DNA from: a virus
Strand: one strand, 5' to 3'
DNA length: 64,000 bases
IMG/VR virus record: IMGVR_UViG_3300031746_000002
Coordinates: 74,901 to 138,900 of that record
Positions 48,789 to 59,800 of the stretch are shown in pieces. The notes under the pieces are model-generated. The model did not search any database, had not been told where the DNA came from, and was given only the letters and a program-made list of their open reading frames with translations. The first letter of the stretch is position 1, and each line of letters begins with the position of its first letter. A program made the position numbers and the translations under genes.

Positions 48789-51700
48789 ATGAATTTTAAT
48801 CTAATTGGGTTAATAAAGCAGGCAAGTAATGCAATATTTGCTAATAAGGGAAAAGAAGAAGCACTAAAAGAATGGGCGCAAGATAAATTTGTAAAAGAAA
48901 CAAAAGAAGGTGTCACATATGATTTTGACTGGGCTGAAATTAAGAAAGAAGGACAGTCGATTGAGATGACAGACAAGCAGATAGATAATGTAATCGAGAA
49001 ACTGAAGAAGGTATCTTCATTGAAAGTGGAAGCAGGCAAACAAATTGTAAAAATATATTATAAAGATCATGTTGAAATGAGAGGCACAGGAATTACTAAA
49101 GTTGAGATTGATGGAGAGCAAGAAACAGCAGACAGATTTTTTGAAAGTTTATTAGAGAATATTTCTGCTGACTTACCAGAATTTTCAGATGAAGATGTTC
49201 ACATATACGTTGGAAACTTAACGCTTTGGACATATGATATTATGTTTGATGCGCAGCCAGAAGTTGATTTGGATAAATATGAGAAATGGCTTGATGAAAA
49301 TTATAAGATAGAATTTATAAAAGAGACCGAAACTTCATTAAAACAATCTTGGCTCGAAACAGAAGAAGCAGTTGGGCCAGATACAGAATATGCTGCAATT
49401 AGATTTCCTGAAGAAGTATCGCAAGGACTTGTTTTTAGGCTTCCTAAAGATTTTGCTTATAATAAAAAAGACCCGCAGGCTGGTCATGAAGTTACAGTTC
49501 AATTATCCTATCCAGAAACAGCAGAAATATTACGGCTCAATGATGATGGCACTATAAATATTAAGATAAAGTATAATGGAGATATTGTCAAAAATTTAAA
49601 TCCAAAAGAATTAAAAGCATCGTTAGAAATAGAAGCATCAGCATACACTGATTTTGTAAAGAGTTATTATAAGGAACATGAAGGTGCAAAGCCTGGAGAT
49701 AAAAAAACAATGCAAGAAATAGGCAAGGCATGGAAAGCATGGAAAATAAAGCATCCTAAAAAGAAAGCATGGTTAAGTAACAAAGCTTATGGTAAATTTC
49801 AAATAGGTGATCAAGTTATAGATGATAATAATGACATAGGTTATGTTAGTGAAGTTAATACAAATAATACATATGATATTGAATATACAAAACTTGATAA
49901 CTTAAAAAGAATTGAAACTGTTCCTGAAGACGAATTAAAAAAAGTAGAATCGAGATTAACCAAAGCAGACTATGAAGAATTTCCTACATATTTTACAGGA
50001 AATGATTTACATCTTACGTTGAGTGCTGAGTCTGTTCCTGATAAAATAAATGATATTGAACAAACAATTTGGGATAGTGATAATCAACAAGCAACAGATG
50101 AATGGGATAGAGAAGCAGAAAAAGTTTTAGATTTAGCTGGTAAAGAATATTGGGAAGAAGCTTTTAAGAATGATCCAAGAGTTGAAGAGATAGTTAGCTT
50201 CGGAATAGAATTAATGAAAAGATATAATATTCCATATCCAAAAAGAAAAGGTTCATTTAATAAAGAAGCAGCTACAAAATCAATAGATGAAATGTCCAAA
50301 GATGAAGCAAAGGAATTATGGAAATCATATGGCGGAGATTTTGATAAATGTGTAAAGAAGGCAGGTAGCTGGGCAAAATCACCAGAGTCATACTGTGCAG
50401 CACTCGCAAAGAAGGCTACAGGTAAAACACCAAAAGAATTAGCTGCATGCCCAGAATGTGGATTGAATATTGAAGCTTCAGCATATACTGATTTTGTAAG
50501 TAAATATTTTAAGTCTCATCCTGGTGCAAAGTTTAAAGATATTGCGAAAGCATGGAGAGCTGGTAAAAAACCATCTAAGAAAGAAGCACCAAAAGAGAAA
50601 GCTCCAGAAAAAGAAGAAAAGAAAGCATGGTTAACTAAAGCAGATGTTGATGATATTCCATCAGCTATCACAAGAGATACGTTGCATTTAGATGCAGATA
50701 AAGAAAAAGCAAGAAAAAGAGAAGAATTTGGATTTCTTCCAATATATGAAATTGGAGATAAAGTAGAAGATATGTATAGCAAACCTGGTAGGAAGGGAAA
50801 GATTTTAGAATTTTCATCAGAAGGAACAGTATTAATAAAATGGGATAATGGTGAAAAGTCTTATCAAGATATGGGTGATATTAAAAAGGCATCATTGCAT
50901 TTGGATGCTGATGATGAATTAAAGATTGGTGATAAAGTAGAATGGAAAGAAGATGTTAGTCAATTACACGATATAGCAGACATGCAAGAATATTGTGGAA
51001 AAGTATTATCAATTAAACCTGGTAGAGGAATGAGTCCCATTGTTGAAGTGAAATTAGAAGACTCTGGTGAAATAGTAGATGTAGAAAGAAATTTCTTGCA
51101 TAAAGTTAAAGCATCATTAAATAAAAAAGCATATCATCCAAGTTGGGAAGATTATAAATATTCTAAAGATCCAAAAGAAGTAGAATTATACAACAAGATT
51201 AAAGAGCAAGCAACTAAAGCAATGGATGATATTGTTAAGATATTGCAAGCAAAGAACTTAGTTGTTAAACGAGTAAGTTTTAAAAAAGTAATTGTAGAAC
51301 AGAAAGATTTATTTGATGGATTTCTTACTATTGAAGTACATGATATGGCATCTAAAATTTCTGATGAATTTGATGAAAATGCAGAACCAATGATTTCAAT
51401 GGATTCAATAGTAGTTCCTAAAGGTGAAACTGATAGAAGAAAATGGAAAGGTGATGTTGCTTCTGCTATGAGTATATCTGAATTTGAAAAGAAACTAGAT
51501 GAACAGTTAGAATATGTACAAAGTGTAACTAAAGAATCACCAATGCATCGCTGGATGGAAAAAGCATCATTGAATAAAGAAGCAAAGATAAAGAAATTAC
51601 CCAATGGCAAATATCGAGTAATGGCAGAAACTGGCAGGAATATGGGAACATACGATACTGAAAAAGAAGCAAAGGAAAGATTGCAACAAATTGAGATGTT

Positions 51701-54700
51701 TAAACATATGAAAAAAAAGAAATCATGGTTAAGTAAAAAAGCATTAGATAGAACAGAATGGGATTTAATAAATGAAGCAGTTGCTGATGTTATTGCTAAT
51801 TTTAAAAAAATAACAAAAATAGAACCGTGGAAAACTATAGATCCTAAAGGACAATTTTATCAGGAGGTAGTTAATAAAACATATCCTACAATTATAGAGT
51901 ATTTAAAGAAAAATTTTCCTGATATAATTGAAGACGGTAAAATTAAATATGAAGAATTTTTATATAGGATGGATGAGGAATTAATGTCATATGCAGACCA
52001 AGCAGTTGAAATGTATAAACAAGAACATGGAATATATCCTGAACCGGCTTTATTAAGAAAACAAGCATTTATCCCAGGTAAAGAAGCATTAGTAGTTCTT
52101 GAAGATTTTAACAAAGACCAGAAACAAATATACCCTGATGCTGCTGATACAGGAATAGTAACAAAGGATAAAGAAGGAACATATCAAGAAGTAGATGCCA
52201 AAATACAGAAAGCATTAGATGAGCTACTTGAAATATATAAAGCAGATATTAGTGAATATACTGGTGGAAAGCACTGGGAAATATTTATTCCTGTTGAAGA
52301 AGATGGAAAATATCTTGCAGGATATTATGTATCAGTTAGTAAAAATACAGACAAAGCAAGAGGTATAGAGTTCTTTAGCATCGATATCATGCATGAAAGA
52401 AGGGAAAACGTTAATGTTAATGATTTCTATAAAAAGACAGCTTGGTTAAAAAAAGCAGCTAATGATTATTCAAAAGCTGAGAAAAGTAAAAATAAAATAA
52501 TAGAACAATTACAGCAAAGAGCAAACACTAAAGGTATTCGTGAAAACTGGGGAGACAAAGAACTTAGACAATACCAAGATTGGTTGGAAACTTTAAATTT
52601 AACATATGCAGAAAAATCTAGTTTATATGTTGCACTATCACAAGCACTCAGTTCTATGACTGAAACAAAAGCTTCATTAAAACATAAAGCAGATGATGAA
52701 CTTTCAGCAGAAGATAAAACTGTAATCGCTAAGGGAAAAGAAATACTTGAGAAAATGAAAAAAGAAAATGTTGATATACTTGATATCGATGCTTATGAAC
52801 CTACAGGAGATATAATGATGCTAGTAGGTGAGGGCATTGCTGATGCTATAAATTCGCATGGTAAAAACTTCTTTGAATGGGATATTAAAATGGGAAAAAT
52901 TAATATTCCTGATGAAGTTAGAACTAAAATCAATGATGATAAATTAAATCGAATATATCAAGATGAAGCGCAATTAAATGTAAAGACATTGGGCGATGAA
53001 ATTGTAGATGGATATTCTTGGGCAGAAGATTGGTATCAAGAAGGCAGGATGGGTGGTTGGTTCTGTATTGAAGCTGATTTCAATGAATTGGTTAGTGATA
53101 TTAATAGTTATCAAATATTTGTAGATGATTTAGAGAAAGCTGTAGAAGATAAAGATATTACAACAGTACAAAAATATTTAGATAAGGATATTAAAGAAGC
53201 AATAATACTTTCAGAGAAGATTTCAAAGCAGATTAAAGCTATTGAAGATAACTTAACAGAAATTAATAGTGATGTAGAAGCAATGTTAAAAGGTTTTAAA
53301 GAAGAAATGGAAAGTGTTAAATTCTGGAAAGAGTATTATGATGAAGAAACAAAATCTTCATTAAAGAAAGAAGCTGCTGCAATGGATGATGCAAAAGAAG
53401 CTGTTGATGAAATTTTAGAAGGAATGAAAAGTATTCCTTTACATCAAGGTACTTGTGATGTAACAGAGATAATGAATTTTCATGAAATAGCAGAAGGAGC
53501 AGGATTGACAGAAGAAGAGTATGATAATTTAATTGATTATGCTCAAGGAAAACTTAATAAAAAAATTAAAAAAATATATTATTCTTCATTAAATAAATCT
53601 GCTGAGAAAGGTGAATATTATCTTAGTAAGGGTTATGATATATACGAAGATGATGATGGTAATACAATTTATTTTGATTCGCATGAAGATGCAAAACGAT
53701 ATATGGCTGATAATGAATTGATAGGGTGGTCAATTACTAGAGAAGGATTTCCTTCTGAAAGTTCATTAAATAAAAAAGCGAAGAAAGTGCATATGATAAA
53801 GGACCTGAATGTTGAATGCACAGTTGTTGATGAGCTTGGCAATGGCAAAAAGAAACAATGTGAATACATAGACCCGATCACAAAGAAATTAAGAAAGACT
53901 TGGTTTCCAAGTGAAATGATTTCTTATATTGAAATCGATGAGAATAAACCGCCAATTGAAAAGGCTTCATTGGAGAAAAAAGCAGATAAACTTCAAATAG
54001 GCGATAAGGTATTTGTTAAACCTGGAAATTATAAAGTAATTCAATATAGTACTACAGATGAACCAGTTTATTCAAATGAAATTCGTAATATTGAAAAAGA
54101 AGAAATTGGATTTATCAAGGAAATTTTGCTAAATGATTTAATCAATATAGAACTTAAAGAAGATGGAACTATCATTGAATCTGCAGAAGGCTTATTTGTT
54201 AAGGCATCTAAGCATCAGCTAGATTATTTATATGAAGGAGACAAGGTTGTACTACTTAAAAATATTAAAAATAAAAAGAAAGATGATGTTGGTGAAATAG
54301 AAGATGTTCATGAAGGATCTGAACCTGATTATGATATATACAATGTAAAATTTCCTGATGGAACAATTTTAGAAGATTTAGAAATCAGCAAAGACTTTAA
54401 AGATGCTTCTGGAAAACAAGCTTCATTGAAAAAAGAAGCAGCACTCACATCAAACGAAAAATCAAGTATTTTAACTTTAGCAGATGCAGCAGAAAAAGCA
54501 GGTCTTATTGCTATGGAAGAAATAGTCGAATTTGTACTTGGTGGATTATCTGAAGAAACTAAAGAAAAGATAGCAGACCATGAATATAAAATGATAAGCG
54601 ATTTAATTAAAGGAATTCCTGCTAAAAGTGAATTAATAATTGAAGGCGCAGATATATCTCAGCTTTATGAGGAATCATATCTGAAACATATAAAAGAACT

Positions 54701-55091
54701 TACAGATAAAGGAATGCCAGAAGATGAAGCAATTATAGAAGCACTCGAAGTAGTATTTCCAGAATTACTTGAACAAGCAAGAAAACAAAATTCTGAAAAG
54801 AGTGTAATTGAACATGTAAGAAAAAAGCTTCACCCAAAAGCAGAATTGAATATGGAAGAGATTTCAAAGCAGTTAGGTATTCCTATAGAAAATATAATTA
54901 CTATAAATATACCAAACTGTGAAGAATATATTTTAAAAGAACATGGGCTTGATGTATTGAATATGCTTACTTTTAGACTTCATGCTTCTTTGGATGAAAC
55001 TATAAAACAATTTAATATGGTTAAAGAGGAAGCAGAAACAGTAGAAGCATTGTATGACAAATACGAACATTTTTATTCAAAGGAGAAATAA
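48789..55091 (+). CDS. 2100-aa modular polyprotein (about 20 or more modules)
   Basis: About 20 (S/W)LxKxA-type linkers separate SH3/KOW-like, HMG-box-like and other small modules. Confidence 0.75.
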   Translation: MNFNLIGLIKQASNAIFANKGKEEALKEWAQDKFVKETKEGVTYDFDWAEIKKEGQSIEMTDKQIDNVIEKLKKVSSLKVEAGKQIVKIYYKDHVEMRGTGITKVEIDGEQETADRFFESLLENISADLPEFSDEDVHIYVGNLTLWTYDIMFDAQPEVDLDKYEKWLDENYKIEFIKETETSLKQSWLETEEAVGPDTEYAAIRFPEEVSQGLVFRLPKDFAYNKKDPQAGHEVTVQLSYPETAEILRLNDDGTINIKIKYNGDIVKNLNPKELKASLEIEASAYTDFVKSYYKEHEGAKPGDKKTMQEIGKAWKAWKIKHPKKKAWLSNKAYGKFQIGDQVIDDNNDIGYVSEVNTNNTYDIEYTKLDNLKRIETVPEDELKKVESRLTKADYEEFPTYFTGNDLHLTLSAESVPDKINDIEQTIWDSDNQQATDEWDREAEKVLDLAGKEYWEEAFKNDPRVEEIVSFGIELMKRYNIPYPKRKGSFNKEAATKSIDEMSKDEAKELWKSYGGDFDKCVKKAGSWAKSPESYCAALAKKATGKTPKELAACPECGLNIEASAYTDFVSKYFKSHPGAKFKDIAKAWRAGKKPSKKEAPKEKAPEKEEKKAWLTKADVDDIPSAITRDTLHLDADKEKARKREEFGFLPIYEIGDKVEDMYSKPGRKGKILEFSSEGTVLIKWDNGEKSYQDMGDIKKASLHLDADDELKIGDKVEWKEDVSQLHDIADMQEYCGKVLSIKPGRGMSPIVEVKLEDSGEIVDVERNFLHKVKASLNKKAYHPSWEDYKYSKDPKEVELYNKIKEQATKAMDDIVKILQAKNLVVKRVSFKKVIVEQKDLFDGFLTIEVHDMASKISDEFDENAEPMISMDSIVVPKGETDRRKWKGDVASAMSISEFEKKLDEQLEYVQSVTKESPMHRWMEKASLNKEAKIKKLPNGKYRVMAETGRNMGTYDTEKEAKERLQQIEMFKHMKKKKSWLSKKALDRTEWDLINEAVADVIANFKKITKIEPWKTIDPKGQFYQEVVNKTYPTIIEYLKKNFPDIIEDGKIKYEEFLYRMDEELMSYADQAVEMYKQEHGIYPEPALLRKQAFIPGKEALVVLEDFNKDQKQIYPDAADTGIVTKDKEGTYQEVDAKIQKALDELLEIYKADISEYTGGKHWEIFIPVEEDGKYLAGYYVSVSKNTDKARGIEFFSIDIMHERRENVNVNDFYKKTAWLKKAANDYSKAEKSKNKIIEQLQQRANTKGIRENWGDKELRQYQDWLETLNLTYAEKSSLYVALSQALSSMTETKASLKHKADDELSAEDKTVIAKGKEILEKMKKENVDILDIDAYEPTGDIMMLVGEGIADAINSHGKNFFEWDIKMGKINIPDEVRTKINDDKLNRIYQDEAQLNVKTLGDEIVDGYSWAEDWYQEGRMGGWFCIEADFNELVSDINSYQIFVDDLEKAVEDKDITTVQKYLDKDIKEAIILSEKISKQIKAIEDNLTEINSDVEAMLKGFKEEMESVKFWKEYYDEETKSSLKKEAAAMDDAKEAVDEILEGMKSIPLHQGTCDVTEIMNFHEIAEGAGLTEEEYDNLIDYAQGKLNKKIKKIYYSSLNKSAEKGEYYLSKGYDIYEDDDGNTIYFDSHEDAKRYMADNELIGWSITREGFPSESSLNKKAKKVHMIKDLNVECTVVDELGNGKKKQCEYIDPITKKLRKTWFPSEMISYIEIDENKPPIEKASLEKKADKLQIGDKVFVKPGNYKVIQYSTTDEPVYSNEIRNIEKEEIGFIKEILLNDLINIELKEDGTIIESAEGLFVKASKHQLDYLYEGDKVVLLKNIKNKKKDDVGEIEDVHEGSEPDYDIYNVKFPDGTILEDLEISKDFKDASGKQASLKKEAALTSNEKSSILTLADAAEKAGLIAMEEIVEFVLGGLSEETKEKIADHEYKMISDLIKGIPAKSELIIEGADISQLYEESYLKHIKELTDKGMPEDEAIIEALEVVFPELLEQARKQNSEKSVIEHVRKKLHPKAELNMEEISKQLGIPIENIITINIPNCEEYILKEHGLDVLNMLTFRLHASLDETIKQFNMVKEEAETVEALYDKYEHFYSKEK

Positions 55092-55093
55092 TT

Positions 55094-55339
55094 ATGAAAT
55101 GGTTAACTGCAAAAGATGAAGAGAACAAAGAACTTGCAATGGGAATTAAAGTAGAAAAAGAACATGAAGCAACTATTAAACAGATTATTGACGATGTAGA
55201 AAATGATAAGGTACAACCGATAGAAAAGTATCAGGAGCTAATTGCAAAGGACCATCTTAAAGAATCAGATATCTATTACACTGAACTTAACAAGATGGAA
55301 AAGAAATTAGAAAAGAAAAAAGAAGAGGTAGAGGAATAA
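55094..55339 (+). CDS. WL-leader protein, DUF5661-like
   Basis: MKWLTA; ELAMGIKVEKEH...IAKDHLKE...YYTEL.KME. Confidence 0.65.
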   Translation: MKWLTAKDEENKELAMGIKVEKEHEATIKQIIDDVENDKVQPIEKYQELIAKDHLKESDIYYTELNKMEKKLEKKKEEVEE

Positions 55340-55995
55340 TGGCAGTCATAAGGAAGTACGTTATTTCATCTGTAATTAAAGCATTGAAATATGATCCTGA
55401 GAGTCATAATCTTGAAATAGAATTTAAATCAGGTGGGAAATACAGATATAGTAATGTTGAAGAAGAAGAATTTACTACATTCGCAAAAGCAGTTTCAAAA
55501 GGGAAATATTTTAATAAGAACATTAAGAACGGTTATGAATATGAAAGAATTTCAAGTCTAATTCATGGAGGTAATACAATGAACTGGTTAACAAGGAAAG
55601 CAAAAGCAGAAGATGAAGTATACTTCTTAGTAAGTACTAGTTGTGATGTAGTAGAAGATAGTTTTGAAAAGGGTGAAATAAGTGATTGGCGAAATACGAT
55701 GTTTGAAAAAGAAAATAAAAAGTTTGATACAATCGATCATCTAGTCGAATATCTTTATAGCAACTATGGACTTTCAAAAGATAAATCAGAGTATACAGCA
55801 GATGATGGTCAGCTCACAACTAGTATTATGCAGGATGAAGACGGAAACTCAATTGGTGAAGTTGATAATAAGCTTAAACAATGGAAAGAAGGCAAAGCAA
55901 GATTGTGGAATGCTTATTATATAATGCACATAGAAATTGTTAAAACAAATGAAATAACTACTGAAGAACTACGCAAACTCGGTTTCACAGGATAA
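55339..55995 (+). CDS. KTSC domain + WL-leader module
   Basis: SSVI..LKYD....LEIEFKSGG.YRY.NV...SKGKYFN..IK; internal SD + MNWLTRKA at 55579. Confidence 0.8.
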   Translation: MAVIRKYVISSVIKALKYDPESHNLEIEFKSGGKYRYSNVEEEEFTTFAKAVSKGKYFNKNIKNGYEYERISSLIHGGNTMNWLTRKAKAEDEVYFLVSTSCDVVEDSFEKGEISDWRNTMFEKENKKFDTIDHLVEYLYSNYGLSKDKSEYTADDGQLTTSIMQDEDGNSIGEVDNKLKQWKEGKARLWNAYYIMHIEIVKTNEITTEELRKLGFTG

Positions 55996-56024
55996 TTAGT
56001 AAAATTGAACCAAAGGAGGGAATT

Positions 56025-56267
56025 ATGCCAGGATCAAAATTTAATCTATGGAAGACCGTTGGAAAAATCCTTCAATCGTTTGGACTTTTCCTGCTTCCAC
56101 AATTAGGAAATGTATTGGGAACATTGAATCCTACAGACGGTTCTATCTTAGGGTTTATAACTCATGTATTTCCTAAGCTTGACCCGACAATCGGCATGGT
56201 GTTATCAGCACTTATATTAGGTGCTATTAACGCTCTTAAGCATTGGGACGATGGAAAAACGAAGTAA
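56025..56267 (+). CDS. Small membrane protein (holin-like)
   Basis: Hydrophobic segments and charged C-terminus; AGGAGG SD. Confidence 0.4.
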   Translation: MPGSKFNLWKTVGKILQSFGLFLLPQLGNVLGTLNPTDGSILGFITHVFPKLDPTIGMVLSALILGAINALKHWDDGKTK

Positions 56268-56305
56268 CTGAATTTAATAAAACTGTAAATAGGGAGGTGA
56301 ACAAA

Positions 56306-56677
56306 GTGAAAATAAGTTATATTATAATCGCAGTATTGCTTTTAGCAGTAATGGCAGTTCCGGTTCATGCTGCATTACCAACGAATATAGGAAGTTATAG
56401 TGTAATTACTACTACAACATCAGTAACAACATTTCTACCTGCTAAACAGGTTTTAATATTGTTAGATATTTATGCAGTAACTACATCTACTTATACAGTG
56501 GGTAATATAGTACTGTCAGATGCTACTGGGGCAAATTCGATTACCTTAAGTGTATTACCAAATAAAAGTAAGACAAGGAGTGTTATGCCAAGCATAACTC
56601 CCTTAAAGTTTGGTAATGGTTTTAATATACAACCAAAAGGTACTGGAGTTTCAGCAATACCTGTTTATTTAAAATAA
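56306..56677 (+). CDS. Secreted protein with signal peptide
   Basis: GGAGG + GTG 56306; KISYIIIAVLLLAVMAVPVHA|A. Confidence 0.6.
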   Translation: MKISYIIIAVLLLAVMAVPVHAALPTNIGSYSVITTTTSVTTFLPAKQVLILLDIYAVTTSTYTVGNIVLSDATGANSITLSVLPNKSKTRSVMPSITPLKFGNGFNIQPKGTGVSAIPVYLK

Positions 56678-56680
56678 TTA

Positions 56681-56720
56681 TTGGAGGGTTAGGTTAACTC
56701 CAACTAACCCTCTAATTTTT
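56681..56720 (+). terminator. Rho-independent terminator
   Basis: TTGGAGGGTTAG/CTAACCCTCTAA + T5. Confidence 0.75.
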
Positions 56721-56870
56721 AGCAAAGGAGACTTAGTTGAATTCACCACATGCAACATGCGCATTATTACAGTTTAAAGAAGGATTAAGAACTATAAAAA
56801 CGCATATTGATTCGCGTCCAAAGATAAAAGTAATAGCTTCAAATAAACAAAAGAAGAACGGTAAGAAATA

Positions 56871-59800
56871 ATGGAAAACAATTTTATAACTTGTCAGAAC
56901 TGCCAAAAGCAGGTTGATTTGAATATTACACCAGAGATAGCAATGGGTGCAACAAGATGTCCTCATTGTAATTCTGTGTTTGATAATAATGGAAGTATAA
57001 TAAAGATAGCAACACAACCTTCATTTAAAGAGGGTGATAGAGTAATGGACATTAGGGACAGTTCAATTGGAACTGTTAAAAATATCCAACTACCATTTGA
57101 ATTCGGTTCAGCACAATACAATGTGAAGTTTGATAATGAAATGAAAAATGATGTTGATGAAAAATATCTTCGCTTAATTAAAGGAGGACAAGTGAATAGT
57201 TGGTTATCTAAAAAGATAGAAAGTAAGCTGCAGGGAATTGGCGTTATAGCAAAAAGAGTTCCACCATTGAGAGAATGGAGAGAACGCAAACATGATTTCA
57301 TAACTGTATATCACCCTGACAGATATATGACATTCAAAGAATTTGTTACTAATAACTGGGATATATATGGTTTTGATTTTGATATAGATAAACAAGTAAT
57401 ATGGCCGCTTAAAGGAACTTCAACAGAAAAATTGGTTAAAGATTTAAAAGAAGATGGTATAGATACTAAAGTAATGACAATGAGTTATGAAGACATGTTC
57501 GGTGATTATTATAGATTATTTAAAATACCAGTACCACAAAGAGCTTCTTTGCCAACAATTGCTGTAGAAAAAGCATTAGAGAAAAAATTTATTCAAGTGC
57601 TTGATGATGGGACAGAAGCAGATTTTCCTATTGATAATATTGCTGATAAGTTTAGACCGCTTGTTGATGAAATGAAAATTGGTGAATTAATGAGTCTTGG
57701 ACCATTGAAGATTAAAAGAATTGCAGAAACAAAAGCTTTATTAAAGAAAGAAGCAGTAGATGTAAAAACACTTGAGGGCAGAAAATTTAAAGACAGAAAT
57801 TCTGGTGAAATACTTACATTCCAGTATGAGCACAGACATCCAATAACCAGGGATATAGTAAATATAGTATTTGAAGATAAAGATGGAGTAGAAGTCGCCC
57901 TGCGGTCATGGGATGAGGTGGATATACAACCCTTAGAGACCAAAAAGGGTTCATTAAATAAACAATCAGATTTAGGAGGAATATCTAATTCAGTATTAGT
58001 AGTTATAGAGGATAATAAAGAATTTAGTCCTGAAGGGATAGAACATTGGGCAAAAGAAGAAAATATAAACATAGATGAATTAAATAGAACATTGGCATAT
58101 CTTTTAGAGACACAAATGATTAATAAAAAAGATAACATATATTCAATAACAGCGCAGGGTAAACAATATTTAAAAGATACTGGATTTATAAAAAATGTAG
58201 CTTCATTAGAAAGAAAAGCAGCTTTAGAGAACCTTGCAGTAGTATCTCGAAAATTCTCAGGACTTCTTGTAGGCATAGCACAATATGCTCTTACAAATTT
58301 ATTGAATGAAGAAGACCCACAGATAAAAACTGCAAGTGCTAGTTATAATAGCCAAGTTTCATTGATGGATATTCATACAGATGTAAACAAAATAACGCCA
58401 GTAATTTCAAGCGTGACAGCTACTTATAAAAATATGATTATAGAAGCTGCTTTAAATTATGGCGATTTCACTATAAGCTGTTATGCACCTACCCGCGATG
58501 AAGCTCATGAATGGATAGAAAAGCTTGAAACAAAAATGCTTAATGAAAATCAATACAGAGGCAAATGCTTATATGCAGAAAATGGAAACATATCATTTCA
58601 TCAAGTACCTGAAGTTGTATGGGATGATATAATTCTTGATGCAAATATTAAGAGTGATATTCGAATGAACACAATTGCATTTCTTGGGGATAAGAGACTA
58701 GCTGATACTGGTGTATTTAAAAGAGGCATTGTAATGTATGGACAGCCAGGAACAGGTAAAACATCAGTAGTGAAAGCTATCTTCAATGAATTAAATGAAA
58801 AAGGTGTTAGCAGAGTATATGTTACATCAGAGTCATTCAGACAGATGAGTGCTAGTAGTTTATTTAGTCTATTACCTTATTTAGGAAAAGCGGTAATAGC
58901 TTTTGAAGATATAGATATGATAGGGACATCAAGAGATATTATGTCAATGTCTGGAAATGGAATATTGGGTGATTTATTAACTAACCTTGATGGAATGAGA
59001 AATTATAATGAGCAAATAGTTATTCTAGCTTCAACGAATAAGATGTCAATGCTTGATGAAGCTCTGGCAGACAGACCTGGAAGATTTGATAGAAAAGTTG
59101 AGATAACACTTCCAACAAAAGAAAATCTGACAGCACTATATAAAAAGTTTTCAGGATTAACAGTTTCTAGCGATATCATTAATCTATCTGAAGGCTTTAC
59201 AGGATCGCATGTAGTTGAAACTGTAAACACTGCAAAAATATTAGCAGCACATGATAATAAGAAAATAGATGATTGTATGATAGAAGCTTGCAACATCATT
59301 AGGGATAATTTCTTCGTTGGACAAAAACAATCACAAATCAAAACTGCAGCTTTACATAAAATTGGAATAGTAGAAAGAGGCGAACAATATAAATCATTAA
59401 ATGATGCTGATAAAATCGATCCTATCTTTATACCAGGCAATACAGAAATATGGTACGCAAAAAGTATTAGCACTGCAAACAGAATGTATGATGAAGAAAA
59501 AATGCCATTCTCAAAAGAAACATTTAAAGACACACATATGTTATTAGGGAAAGTTTCATCTACAGATTTAGATGAAATATTCCAGAAGATGCAAGGTGAG
59601 TATTGGTCTCCAAGAGGTGAAGCATTTACAATGATAGGTGATAGTGAAACAGACCATACATCAATGAGTGTTGGTGATGCTATAAAAATTGGAGATGTAA
59701 TTAGTATAGTTGCACCAGAAGGATTTAAACCATTAGCTGAATTAAAAAAAGAAACGAAATGGTTGGGATTTAAATTTAATCCTGGAGATAAAGTTGAATT

